NCBI RefSeq assembly: GCF_021028975.2
Contig: NC_059435.1
Span: 24,986,001 to 25,050,000 of the forward strand
Source: Sphaerodactylus townsendi
Lineage: Eukaryota
Direction of reading: 5' to 3'
Length of the DNA: 64,000 bases
Under the pieces are notes generated by a model. The model was not told where the DNA came from and did no database searches. It saw nothing but the letters and a program-made list of their open reading frames with translations. This document shows, piece by piece, positions 28,201 to 41,399 of the stretch. The stretch's first letter is position 1; each line of letters begins with the position of its first letter. A program made the translations under genes and the position numbers.

Positions 28201-29017
28201 TCTTTATGCTCTCAATGACAGTCTTGTCAGGTCGGTTAGGTTGAAAGATTGTGATTGGCCCCGGGTCACCTGGCAAAGCAAGGATTCGAACTCAGTCATC
28301 CCAAGTCTTGGTCTGACACCTATGCCTTGTCAGTTGCTTCATGCTTTAAAACAGAAAGATAAAACTTTGCAGTAGACCATCATAGCTGAATCAACATGCA
28401 ACAGAGAAGCAGTGATCCATGACTTATGTTTGAGACGTGGTCTTCGCCTCTCATAGACAAAATCAAGGGCTTGACCCAATCTGGTGTAAACGCTAGGGAA
28501 CTATTACATAAACTTTTAGTACAGCATCAAGACACATGTTTGTTTATTCAATAAGATTCTGACCTGAGAGACTTTTCACTTTTTAAAATTCACCTTCAAA
28601 CTGATTCCATCTAGGGAAAGCAGTAGGGGGCCCTAATCTTTCAAATGCTAAGTGATTTCTTTCTGACAGCACCGTGAGCTGGAGATACCATGATTAGAGG
28701 TCAGTCGGTGTGGAGGAGGCAGCTCGTCTCACTGAAAACTGGACCTGTTAATTGTCAGCAGACAGGAGCATGGCTCACTTAATGCTGAAATTACCTACAT
28801 GCATCAGTTAGCTTGCATTTGCATTGTTGCTCACACAGTGAAATGTCAGTGTTGTGTCTTCTGAAAATGAATTTCAGAATTAATACTAGTACTTGGAGGC
28901 TGGAAATAGCAATGGGGTTAGCATACAAATATTTCCTATTAAGCATAATATATGCATATTATATATACTGGCTTGCAGGGAGGAAACTATAGTCATCGTT
29001 TTTAGTTTGTGTTTCCT

Positions 29018-29253
29018 NNNNNNNNNNNNNNNNNNNNNNNNNNNNNNNNNNNNNNNNNNNNNNNNNNNNNNNNNNNNNNNNNNNNNNNNNNNNNNNNNNN
29101 NNNNNNNNNNNNNNNNNNNNNNNNNNNNNNNNNNNNNNNNNNNNNNNNNNNNNNNNNNNNNNNNNNNNNNNNNNNNNNNNNNNNNNNNNNNNNNNNNNNN
29201 NNNNNNNNNNNNNNNNNNNNNNNNNNNNNNNNNNNNNNNNNNNNNNNNNNNNN
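29018..29253. other. Assembly gap
   Basis: Run of N. Confidence 1.
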
Positions 29254-29884
29254 ATATGATAAAAAAGTTATAAATTAACTTCTGGATACATATAATGCTA
29301 TGTAAAATACTGCATTCTCTCTCTTCCCCCCCCCCCCCAAGGTTAATTTATTTATAACTTTTTATCCTATTCTTCTTTCAAGGCAATCAGGCCTTTCCTG
29401 TGGTGAGTGTATGTGTATCGTCCTCCTCTTCCCAGTTGCCTGCATTGGCACACATGGGTTAATGACACCCACTGAGGGGAGCAACCCCTCCTGCCTTTCC
29501 TCTGACCCCAGTCCCATGTTACCAACCCCCTCCTCATTCTCCTCCTGTTCCTGGATGCCTGCTCCTCCTTCCAGAGGCCTGTAGTGCCATGCAACAGTTA
29601 ACAGTGTAGTTGCACCTGCCAGCAGTCATGATGCTCCCATGGAAAGAGGCCAGTGCCTGTGCCTACTCCTCCTTAGGCAGCTGTAGCTGCTCCTTCTTAT
29701 CTGTAGCTGGTGCAGCTGTAATTATTCAGCAGTGGGGGAGAAGGGTGAGCATGTGAGAGCATGAGTAAATGTCACATTCCCCTGTTTTGTGTTGCATTTT
29801 CATCTGTTTTGAGTCAGCCTAAATCAGCTGTGATTTTATGGCACTTTCCACCATTTATATAAGGGGAGGGAAAATGGCACAGTT

Positions 29885-30075
29885 TGTGTGTGTTGTGCCA
29901 TTGACATATGCCAACTTATGGTGACCTAGCAAGCAGTTTTCAAGGCAAGCGAGAAGCAGGAGTGTTTTGCCATTGCCTTTCTCTGCAGAGTCTTTCTTGG
30001 TGGTCTCCCTTCCAAGTACTAACCCTGCTTACCTTCCAAGATCTGGTGAGGTTAGGCTATGTCATGCCTCCTTCC
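29885..30075 (-). mobile_element. 5S rRNA-derived SINE with RTE/BovB-like tail
   Basis: 30001-30060 (ggtctcccttccaagtactaaccctgcttaccttccaagatctg) is a reverse-complemented, internally deleted 5S rRNA segment. It is joined to ttttcaaggcaag..ttgccattgcc, which matches the tail at 59725-59830. Confidence 0.7.
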
Positions 30076-33053
30076 CTTCCCCCCCTCTATACTACACTGC
30101 ATTATATGTGTCCTAAGGTTAATTTATCTATAATTTTTAACCCTTTTAAGGTGATCAGGGCTTTCCAATTCATCTTCTCAATTCCTCAGAATGCTCTTCT
30201 GTTGCAGGTTGTCCGAGTGAGAGAGGCAAGACAGTGTGTGAACAAGTCTGTGGGTCTGAGACAGAACAGTTAGCCCAAGATCACCTACCAAGCTTTCTCA
30301 CTGAATGAGGAGTTGAACTTAGATCTCATCTACACCACACACTGGCTGTCCAATGATAGTAGATAGAATAGAATGTTTGGTTTAGGTCTGACTGAACAGG
30401 CAACTCATTGGCATTATTCCAATCTGCAAAGGAGATTCATGTTATTGATTATAGCTATTGCATAAAGGACTATAAATTATTAATAACATTGTCCAATAGA
30501 GCCTAAGGTTGTAAGCTGTTATTGTGTGAATATCATGATTCTGTATATAGTATATTAAAAATTTGGAGGATTTCATATGTTGAGATCCATCCAGTTTTTT
30601 CTGTTAGATTTGGAAAGGTCAGGTTCAAATCCCTGCTTGGCTTATAATGAAGGCATAATGCAAATGCAATGAATAGCAATTTTAAATAATCATAACTTAT
30701 TTTGAACAACTGAATCTTTGCACTGGAAAACAGAAGCTATTATGATGTCTGTTTGTTGACATGTGAAAGTATATGAAAGGGCAGAAGGAACCCCATCTTG
30801 AGAACTGCCCAGTTGCATCTGCACATCCTATATTCACTTAAGCCCATTTTTCAAAGTTTATCTTCACTTCATCCACTTTTCTTTATCAAACCACTTCCGA
30901 CACAGGGGGAGGTTTCAAAACCTGCTTTTTGGTGCTAATGTCAGTGTCAGTTGGCTCTTTGAGAGATCATGGAAGCAAAGACAGAGCCTGTTTTAAGGAA
31001 TCCATACTCTAAACTGTGACAATGAGTGGAGACAATGCATGAAGCTGCTTTATATTAACAGCTCAGTCTTTGGACTAGCAAACAAAAGCAGGTATGATGT
31101 CCGTTTATTTATATAATGGGGAATTAGCGCTCAGTATGAAAATCAGATGCTCTGCCATAGAGCCATGATTCCTCCCCATCCTTTGGCACATGGTAATTAG
31201 AATCTAACATTCCTAGAAGGAAACAGTCTCACTGCACACGTGCAAGCCTTTGCCTCCTCTCTCCCCCCCCCCCAGTAGCCATTTTGATTGCATCCCATTT
31301 TTTTTATCCCTCTACTGAAAAACCATTTTGCAATCATACCAATCTGGGCTTGTATTTTTAGACAGTCTCATTTTTGCCTCAGTCCTGCTCCTGAGCCCCT
31401 AACCTGCATTAATATGGGGAGGTATATTTATAAAGACAAAAAGTTGCAAATGAACAAAAAGATTAGAACGGAGTCAAGGGGAAATGAAGGGATGTGGAAA
31501 AGAAAGGAAGCAGTGAAATTAAATCTGGCTGCAATTATCCTTGTCGCTTTTCATATTGAGAGGAGGGGTGCTGATGGGTGAACAAGTAATAAAGAAGAGG
31601 CCAAGAATTTTAGAGTAATTAATTCATTGTTAGGATTGTTTCATATTCTTCAGCCTCAGAAGGAACCTTGATAAAAAGAAGAGCGAGAGAAAGATATTAG
31701 CATAATTAGTCATTGTTCTAATCACAAAAACAGATATGGGGGGAATGTGTGAAAAAAATAATTACCTCATTGGCTGCTTTCTTCGTTTTTCTAATGATGG
31801 GTGAGCTTTAGACTGGAACAATGGAATGGGGTGCTGGAAAAAAAAGTAGCGTTTTGTTGAAACAGAAGTGAGATTAAACAGTCGGTTTAGATGAGGGCAC
31901 GCAGGTATGAAAGAGAGGCCTAAATCTCTTCCACCCTTGGTGGCTTTTCCGTTGCTTATCTTGACTTTCTCTCTTTGTATCTCTATTTTTCTCTACCATC
32001 CTTCATCCTTAAGCAAGAATATTTGTTTTGGCAGTAGTGGTCTGGAATACTGAGAGAGTGCTTCATCAGCAGCTGCTGAACCTGGTACGATTCTGTCAAG
32101 TGAAGTGTTTGAAATTCCATGCTTTATCTCATAAATGATTGATGGCAGATTCTCCCCTGGTGTGAGGTGCTCCTAGACGCAGGTATATATTTTTATGGGG
32201 TGGGTTCGGTGACTGAGGGCTTTCCGGCTGTTCCATTCCATGCATTATTTCAAGCAAGCTGGACATGGGAGGGGTTTGAACCTGATAAATCCCCCCCCCC
32301 TCTTACCTATGTCCCTGCTCCTGGTCCTCACCCCCTTGCACTGGAGGCTTCCCTTCAGTGAAGTCCAGCTCTCCCTGGTGACAGTTGGCCTCAGAATGGG
32401 TCAGAGAGGAATTGGACCTATTTCCTGTTCTGACTACATGGTTCTTCAGAGCTGCAGGAATCTCTGTTGCCCATTTCCTCTTTAAGCTGCACTTTCTTCT
32501 TCCTTTCAAGTGTGTTTTCCCTTCCCTTCATCCTTGGACACCAACCAGGTTCCCTGTGCCCTACTGTCTGCCCCCTAATTGGTCTTTTCCCCTGTCCTTC
32601 CCCGCCTCCCTTCTCTATTCCCTTTGACCCTGCCCCCCCTGCTCCACTTGGGCTCTGGACTCTCTTCTGGCTCTTCCACAGCCAGCTCTTCCAACAGGTT
32701 CAAAGCCAGCTTCTTTTGGGCACCCAGCTCTGCTGGTAATGACCTGGCTGCTTGGGGATAGAATGACCTGTCTGCAGCCTCCCTTCTGCCAAGGGCTTTC
32801 TCTGTCTTACTGAGGCTGGTGGCTGAGCATTTCCTGCCAGCCTGTTTCTGATTGTGAATGTCTTGATTGGGATGGTGTCCGCACTATTGCAGCAGCATTG
32901 TTTCCACATCATTTTCTGCTGGTCAGATGCCTCTGCAGTCGCCTTCTAGCCTGAGAGATGCCCCCCCCCATCACCCAGAAGCAATGAGCCCTCTCTGCCT
33001 CCAGGTAAATGGCTTTGGAGGATTCCAAGCTGACCCCAGTTTTGGGATACGAT

Positions 33054-33204
33054 GGCCCTTTCCGCACATGCAGAATAATGCACTTTCAATCCACTTTTAA
33101 TGCACTTTGCAGCTGGATTTTACTATGCAGAATAGCAAAATCCACTTGGAAACAATTGTGAAAGTGGATTGAAAGTGCATTATTCTGCATGTGCAGAAGG
33201 GGCC
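33054..33204. mobile_element. Harbinger-type MITE (~150 bp hairpin)
   Basis: Long TIR ggccctttccgcacatgcagaataatgcactttcaatccac / gtggattgaaagtgcattattctgcatgtgcagaaggggcc; same family as 52935. TSD not evident. Confidence 0.8.
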
Positions 33205-34562
33205 CTGGACATCATAGTGGAGGAGGCAACATTCTCATAATATATAAGGACTGGTTTTGTTAAAGCATTGCCTTGAATTAACACAGTTTTAATTTTGCTG
33301 TTTTTAATAATTATGTTTTTTATATTTTTTCTTGATCGTACCTACTGTGGATCACAGTTATCTGGGGAAAAGATTCACAAATATTTAAATAAATGTTTAC
33401 ATAAATAAGAATTGTCCCAGAGGCTGTGCTGTGCCACTCAAGGTACCCTGCTTTGTGTGCCTAGCTCCTTTCTGAAACATCAGAGTTGCATTCTCTATGT
33501 GCAATCCTAAGCAATCCTGGTAAATAATTTTCATTTTATTCTGGTTGGCTTACTCCTAGGAAGCTGTTCTTAGCATTGCAACCTCTGTTTCTTCCCTGTT
33601 ATCTCTACTAGTCTGTTAAATTAAAGGAGAATAATGTTCATTGTAATAGGCTGGTGTGATGGAGACTGTTTAAGGATGAGTTGACCCAGTCACAGAACCT
33701 TGAGGGACAGGAGGATTGAAAAGGAAAAAAAACCCCTGAGAGTTCCATCTCAAATGGAAGTTGAGAAAGAAACAATTAAAGAAACTGATGGTTGATAACT
33801 GATTTTGAAGCTGATCGTTGAGGCTGAAGCTGGAGAGAAACACATTTGCATCAGTTCAAGAAGGATTATGTGTGAGAGAGGGGAGTGATCTGAGAGTCCT
33901 TCTCTAAGGGAAATAACTCTTAAATAGAGTGATCCCTAACCCGTTGTAATTGGAACAGTTCCTAAGTAAATAGAGTGATCCCTATCCAGTTTTAAGGAAG
34001 AAAACTGGAGAAATTGTGTTTGTTCTAACTCCTCCAATGTAGGAACTATTATTTCAAGCTTATGTTAACTTGTTAACTATTGTTATGTTAACTATTGTTT
34101 CAAGCTCATGTTAACTGTCAAGTGACATCTATCTCAGTTCCTTTATTAGATGTATCAACACCTGTCAGTCAAATACATGGCATACATCTTGACTACAAAA
34201 TGTATTTTGTCTATAAATACCTTATATGTGGGACAGAAAAATTACAAGAGACAGTTCATAAGTCTTGGAAGTGACAGTAGTGGTTGGTGAACAAATTAAA
34301 AAAAATTAAAATAAGAGGAGATCCATCATAACTGGAAACAAAGCAGAAGGTAAATCAATTCAGGAGGAAATTGCTGATGTCCAGAAAAGAGATCAGCAGA
34401 GCATTAATAAGGGGGTTGGCACTGAATAGTGAGGGGGAAAGGGAGGACTCTTAAAAGATGGTTGTGATGAATCGGGGAGGGATTTTTCTCAAGAGGTAGA
34501 ATTTATGCCTGGCAGCCACAGCTGACTATCCAAGTACTTCTCCTTAGGTATGGATCATGATG

Positions 34563-34850
34563 ATGAAAAAGAATTTGAATTTATATCCCACTTTTCTCTT
34601 CCATAAGGATTCTCAAAGTGGCTTATATGCTCCTTTCCTTCCTCTCCTCACAACAAACATCTTGTGAGGTAAGTTGGGCTGAGAGTGAGAAAATTGGGAT
34701 TAGCCCAGAGTCACTCCACAGACTTCATGTGTAAGAGTAGGGAAACAAATCTAGTTCACCATATAAGAGTCTGCCATTCATGTAAAGGATTGGGGAATCA
34801 AACCCAGTTCTCCAGATTAGAGTCTACTCGTATTAACCACTGCACCATGT
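34563..34850 (-). mobile_element. tRNA-derived squamate SINE
   Basis: Same family as 637 and 14882. Confidence 0.85.
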
Positions 34851-35648
34851 TGATCTTGCTTCATTCATCTATTTGTTGCAGTTGATACCATCCACTCTAG
34901 ATGGAAGTTCTCTAGGGCCAAGCTTCCGCGACGGATGGCTGCAACACATGACGCCGTGGAACGTAAAGAACCGGGCCATAGCGAGCGCTTCCGCATCGCT
35001 GAAGGGCGGAGGTGCTGCGATTCGCCACTGCCGCTCGAACGCTTAAACCGCGCGCTGAAGACGCCGTGATTCAGAAAAACGCTTTAAACCACTCTTTTTC
35101 CCATGTGACGCGATCTACGCCAGCACTCGTATGTAACAGCCGCCTAGGGAGCCGCCCTCAAACGGCGCTCTGCCAACGACATCTCCGCAGTAGCGCGCCA
35201 TTTTGGGAGGGGATGAACTGCTCCAGCTGCCATGATGGTGAGGGCTGGGGCCGTTTCAAGTTGACAGGAGAGCTCCTCTTCATGGTGGCTTGAGACTCAC
35301 GCAGCCGCTGCAGCTGTGAAGCTGCATGATTGCACAGCTACACACCCTCGACCAAGGCATGGGCGAGATGCGCCTCCGGCAGAGACAATGCCGCCGCCCT
35401 GAATGAGATCATGCATAACGGGACACAAGGGGTGGGAGCCATGGTCTACATTGACACTTCCCTGCGGCTACAATGGGCTGGGGGGAAAGTCCCGTCCGTC
35501 CCATTGTCACCTGAGGGCTTTCTGCCATTGGCCAGGAAGGGAAGTTTGGAGAAACTACCCAGAGACTCTATTGCAGGACGACAATAATCAGACCCCATTG
35601 GCATCAGGTGGATTTTGTATTGAGCCTGTGTGTTGGGCCACCCCAACA

Positions 35649-37450
35649 ATGCCTGGCAATAACAGGGCACATGCTGAGCGCCAAATTCGGGAGAGAGGAG
35701 TCATTGGGAGAGACAGGGTGACCCGTGGACCTTTGGACATATGGGGAGACCCACAGGTGCAGCATTCTCTCACAAGCTAATGGTGCTAACACACAACATA
35801 CACATCTTTCAGCCGGATAGCCCAGCAGATGACAGCTCTGGGCCACCGGCTGACAGCCATTGAGTGCCGCGAATAAAACAAAAGCCATGCGGTATGAATT
35901 CGGCTTGTGCAGTAGCATAACCGAGGGACAGGCAATGAGAGAGCCACCTGTCCCTACTTTGATGAGCTGCAGCTGTGAGTACTGAGAGTGTGGGATGTGA
36001 GCATTCAGCCTGGACGAAAGTGGCAAGAACTCTACACTCCCTGCCAGCCCCATTAGAGGGGCAGAGGGGCAGCACGTCAGCCAAACCAGCACCACAGTGC
36101 CAGTGTGGGAGGACACAATCCAGAGGGGAGGGGACCCTTCTGCTGCTGTGAGGGACCCCTGCACCTGCTAGCAGCCCCAAGTGGACTCAGGGTGAGAGAG
36201 GAGGTTTCACTTCTCCACCTATTAAAACACAAACTGTTATCCCAGAATGGCTGCTCTACCCCTCCCTCTCTGTGAATCCATGAACCATGGGAAGTAGAAG
36301 CCACACTGAATTTCCTACCTGGATCAAGTTGCTCCCCAGAAAGCAATAGCTGGCTCCAGCTGATAAGTGCAAGTATGTGCAGGGCAAGAGGGAGGAATGG
36401 GGTAGGTCAGGGTCACTCACAAGGCTAATTGGTATGGTGCCAGTCTCTGCCTCACAGAGAGGTGGAGCTCCTCTTCCATCCACCACCAACCCCCTTAATG
36501 AAAGTCACTTACTGTGTCCCATAGACATAACTGCTGTCAAGACACAGACCCTGGTGAAGTAACCATGCACACGGGCCACCCCTCAGTTGTCTCTAGGTAA
36601 GGACCACCCCACCTGACTGTAGCCGCAGAGGGGAGGGCTTCCCAAAGTGTGCCTCATAGAAGGCCAAGGCTGAAATGCACTTTGTCCCTCTCTCTGACAG
36701 GAGCCACATCAGAGTCACCCACCCTGGGGGAGGATGAAGACCAGCAGGGGGAGGAGCAACAGAGAGATGAGGAGGGAGATGCTGATTATGGGGAAAGGCC
36801 ACTCAGAAGGCCCCCTCAGCGAGGTAAATCCCCAAAGATGGCTGTATGGGTGGGTCCAGGGAAAGGGGGGGGGGGAATGCAACCAGCCTCCCACCACTGC
36901 ACAGTCCACAGTCCATGCAAGACGGCAGCAGTCTGGAATCACCACCTCCAAGGGCAGAATCCTCAGAGAGGCGACTGCATCCCAAAGCTCGATCATGCCC
37001 TCGGGCGGGTTCAAGTGCGCTGCCTGGGCCAAGGTCATGAAGTTGGAGACCAGTAGCCAGCTGAAGCAGAGAACCAGCAGCAGGCTCAGGTGGCAGCAGA
37101 GCAGGAGGGCGGCATGCGACATTTCTGGACGATGCCGGATCAGTGGAGAGGCTTCTCTCCCTCACAGCAGCGCCTGCACTCCAACAGGCCACCTCCCCAC
37201 AGCAGCCCGCAGACCCATCGAAGCTCATGGCCTGAGTTTTGGACAGAAGTCCCAAGGAGAATGACAGACCTCAGGCTGCAGCAGCAAGGTGACTCCCGTG
37301 TGTGTGTGGGCGCCAAGCACAGCACCGCCCCCCCCCCTCACCTGAGCTCCTCAGCAGCAGCCACCTCCCCGGCAGCCACCACACCCCAAATCCCCAAAGC
37401 GAGGCAGATGTATCGCAGAGGAGGGGCCAGTTGGGCCCCACCTCCAGTTT
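35649..37450 (+). pseudogene. Harbinger Myb/SANT-like (trihelix, MSANTD-like) DNA-binding protein gene, frameshifted, probably multi-exon
   Basis: Across frameshifts 35690-35990 reads RGVI..LDIWGDPQVQHSL..HIFSRIAQQMTALGHRLTAIECR.NKTKAMRYEF..HNRGTGNERATCPYFDELQ. An acidic segment (GEDEDQQGEEQQRDEEGD) follows a ctctctctgacag acceptor at 36700. The start and 3' end are approximate. Confidence 0.88.
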
Positions 37451-37459
37451 CCAGTGGCC

Positions 37460-38720
37460 ACCCACAGCCAGCTCATACATGAGGCAAGCCTTTTCACAGC
37501 CACCTCTCCCTGGGAGGTAGCTTGCCCAATCTTCCCCTGAGCCTCACATGCTGCAGAGTCCTGAGCCACCCACTCTTCAGCCCTTTGTGCAAGGCAAGCA
37601 AGTGCCAGAGGGGAGGGGGGGCGGGCTGCACCCCTCGTTTGCCACAGTGCTCACCCACAGCCAGCTGGAAGGAGCTTGCTCACCCCCTTCCCCCCTTGAG
37701 AGAGTTTCCTCTCACTCGGTAGCCAGCCCATGGAGTAGGTGGCTGCTAAGGCACCCCTGTCTGGAGGCAAGCTTGTGCCCAGAAGAGTGGGGGGGCGGCT
37801 AACGCATTTCTGCCATAGTGCCTACCCAGAGCCAGCTGAAGGGAGCCTCCTCGGACCTCTGCTCGGCCCTCCCCGAGCTCTTTCACTCTGTAGCAGCTCA
37901 TATGGAGGCCTGCTGCTGCACCCCCCCTGCTCGGGAGAGGCAAGCTGGAGCCTGCAGCAGTGGGGCTGCTGGACCCACTTCTGCCACAGTGTCACCCAAG
38001 AGCCAGCTGGAAGGAGCCTTGCCTGACCCCCCCCTTCCCCCTGAGCCCCTTCTACTTACAGCCAGCTTCCATGGAGCTGGCTGCTCCTGCACCCCCCTGC
38101 TTCGAGGCAAGCGAAGCCCAGAAGAGGGGCGCTGCTGGACTCCACTCTCTGCCACAGTGCTCTCCACCCAACAGCCAGCTGAAGGGAGCCTGCTCACCCC
38201 CTTCCCCTGAGCTCTTCACTTGCAGCTGTGCTTCCATGAGCATGGCTGCACCTGCACCTGCCTCAGCTCGAGTGCAAGGAGCCCAGAAGAGAGTGGGCTG
38301 CCATGAGGGACTTCCAGCATCCACTCTGGCTACCCACAGCTAGATGGAGAGGGATGTTTGGCCCCTTCCTTCCTGAGAGTTTTCACCACTCTGTAGCCAG
38401 CCCCTAAGCTGCCTGCTCCCCACCTCCCCCCCCACAAGGTAGGGGAGGCCATGGAGGGGGGTCCACCAAGAAGACTCTCACATGCACTCTTGGTCACCCC
38501 ACAGACAGCTCGTGCAGGAGACAGCTCTGGCCACCTTCTCCTGAGAGCTCCACACACCTGCAGCTTGTTCCTGGACCTCTGCAACACTCTCCTCCCCCTA
38601 CTAAGCAGTATGCTGTTTGCAGAGATGAATCAGCTGGCCCAGCCTCCTCCTTTGCTGGCCACCCACAGCTAGTTGTAGGAGCTAGCCCAGCCCTGTCCCC
38701 TGTCCTTGTTAACACTGCAG
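37460..38720. repeat. Diverged tandem array, ~7-8 units of 164-172 bp
   Basis: The anchor ca(c)agccagctg(g)aagg(g)agc recurs at ~37660, 37831, 38002, 38174, 38339, 38504 and 38668, with a weaker copy at 37467. Confidence 0.85.
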
Positions 38721-40689
38721 CCAGCTCCTGAAGGTAGTCAGCAGCCCTCCCCTAGTGCAAACATCGGGCGAGCTAGTCCCATGAGGTGGTTGGTGTTGCT
38801 ACCCAGCTGCCCTGCAGGTGACAGGGAAACCAAAGGGAGACATGGGCCCGCCTCCCCACCCAAAAGCGAAGCTCGAGCACCCCACCACTCTCAAGGGGTG
38901 GTGTAAGGTGGCAAGGCTAGTCAGCCAAGTAAGCAAGCCAGGGCAAAGGGCAGGGTGATGGGAGAACAATGTGAGGGAGGGGGTGGTTGTGGTGGTGGTC
39001 AGATAATCCCTGTGAGGGCACAGAACTTGAATTAAAATTACCTGTAAGAACCCCACCCTTGCTACTGTTGTTTCTGTTGTGCCACAATGTGAGTGGAAGT
39101 GGGGCTTGTGAGTGGGTGCAGGGGCTGGTGAAGGGCAGGGACATGCTGATCAAGGGGGGTCCAGATTGGTGGCCCTGACATCAATTGTTGCTCCTTTATG
39201 TAACTTTGGCCCACTTTTCCCTTGACAGAGGGAAAAATGGCAATGGATCTGTGTTGTGCTTGTAAGGTGTCAAAGGTGTTATGAGTTTCATGCTTCTTGG
39301 GCCTGCACTCCATTGTGTATCGGTCAGCATGCAAGGGAGGGGAGGGAGGGAGAGTCCCCACCCACCAGGCCACAGTGAATCACTGCACCATGCACAAGGG
39401 GCTGCTGTCTTGTGGGAAGGCTGGACACAGTGTAGGGTGAGGGGAGAACTCCTGTAAAGAGATGGTGGGTGTGGCAGTAGCAGTGGCATCCCTTGGTGGC
39501 CAGTGATCTGGATGGAAAGGTGTCTATGGGATTTCCACCCTGCCTAGTGTGGTTTGCAAACCCCCCCCCCCCCACTGGATGTGGAACATGTGACTGAGCA
39601 CTGGGGCTGGTGTGCTGCAGGGACACAAAGATGAGCCTACTGTGAATGATTGAATAACTTTATTGAGAAAACATTAACAACACAGTGATAATTCTACAAC
39701 ACGCCCTGATTCCCTCCCCCACAGGCCCAGTGCAGACTCCTCCCCACCCAACAACAGTGCAGTAGCCCCTCGCCAACTCCCAACAACAAGCCCCCCACAC
39801 ACCCTCTACCCTGACCCACAACAAATCCCCTGCTCTCTCCAAAACCCGCAGTGCTGCAGACCCCCCCCCCACACATCATGGACTCCCCTAGGAATGCTTC
39901 CCTCCCCCCCACAAGCATTGTTCTGTGGCAACAGTGCCTATTAGTGGCAACAACCTGGGCCAATATCCCAAAGATGCCATGCCATCGAACCCCCTTCAGT
40001 CCTGAGTTGCCCCTGCTCAGCTACTAGGGTGTGTTCTCTGAGCTAGAGGGCAGATCTGCAAGGTGTGGGGCAGGGCCACCCCACTCACCGTATGCAGGCA
40101 AGCACCTGGCACTGAGGATGGTGTACTGACAGCCATGGTGCTGGCTGCCTCCTGCTCCGACATCAAGGATGGGGAACCCCCCCCCCCGCATTCCTGTTCA
40201 AAACTCCAGCCACACCTTTGTGTGTTTTTCAATTGTTGTCGTACTTAGTTGGTATTTGGCCTGCAGTGGATGCATTGTTTGGCCTAGCAGCACTAAACTT
40301 TCAGGTGTTGGTCGGGGGAGTCTCCTGATGTTCCCACCCAGGTTTTGTGTGGTGTGGTCCAGGGGCTCCAACGGGTAATGCGACTCCCAAATTGGGTGTG
40401 CCCCCATCCCCCCATTGTTGCCACTCGGGGAGCTGTGGAAGATGGTGTGCTACACCTTTTGAGGGATCCATGCATAAATTGGGACCCCCTGAACTGAACT
40501 GCACCAAACCTGGGTAGTATCATCATGAGAGTCCCGCACTAATTGGCTGAAAGTTTGATGCTGCTAGGTTAACCAGTGCAGCCCTTGACAGCAGCCACCC
40601 TCTAATTTTTTCCAGATTATCCTTTCAGATCCACCCCCTTTGGCATGGATTTACAGGGATACTCTGAGGTCCTAAATTTAGACAAAGAG

Positions 40690-41280
40690 GAGTAGTGTGG
40701 ATCTGAATCTCCCCCCCCCCCGCCTCTCCTGTAGGAGGCTCAGTGCGGCTTACATTCTCCTTGCCCTTCCCCCCTCACAGCAAACACCACCTGTGAGGCT
40801 TGGCTTCATGCCAGAGATTTGCAAAAATCGCTGGTGACTAGGGCAAGGTTACCCAGCTGGCGTTTGTGGGACTACACAGGCTTCTTTGATTTCCCCAGCT
40901 GAGCCTCCACAGCTCAAGCGGCAGAGCACAAAATCAAGGCAGGGTCCTGCATATTAGAATGCACGCTGTTTCCAACCACTATGTGTCACATGGAGAATGG
41001 TGGTGCTGCTTCAGGGTAGATGATCCATTAAACAGCATCACTGTCACTGTTGTGTAACCAAGGGACCTCAGATTCTCCCCTGTAAGGTAGTGACCTAGTT
41101 TCTTTACAAACCATTGACATTGACAGTGCTGCTGTGGGGTGGGATTCCTGCATCACAGCGGCTGTCCCGGGGGAGGGGGGGAGGGGGGTGGGGGCAAAAA
41201 TCAGCTTCTGCACCACGCTCCATTTCCCCTCCATGCCTCAGGGCAGAGGGCAGGGGCAGGGGAGGCCAGGGCAGGGAAGC
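40690..41280. repeat. Internal SINE+flank module, copy A (most diverged)
   Basis: Reversed SINE, then ggtgctgcttcagggtag, agggacctcagattctcccctgtaaggt and gggcag repeats, in the same order as 48848-49420. Confidence 0.55.
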
Positions 41281-41399
41281 TCCCCAGGCCACTCAGTATG
41301 TCACCCCTGCATGCTAAGTGCAGCAGGCATCAGGATCAGGCTGAGCCATCGGCACTTCATGGCCTAGCCAGGGCCACCCTCCCCCCCACGGTGCCGTGG

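Noticed and set aside
26950-34300. LTR-like stretches at ~27000-27650, 32200-33000 and 33650-34290
   Set aside because: No TSD, primer-binding site or paired LTR could be fixed by eye.
37460-38720. CRISPR-like periodicity
   Set aside because: Whole units are homologous with no unique spacers, and the context is vertebrate.
39900-40170. Possible separate transposase C-terminal exon
   Set aside because: The full C-terminal motif series is already present at 41400-41900, and the resemblance here is weak.
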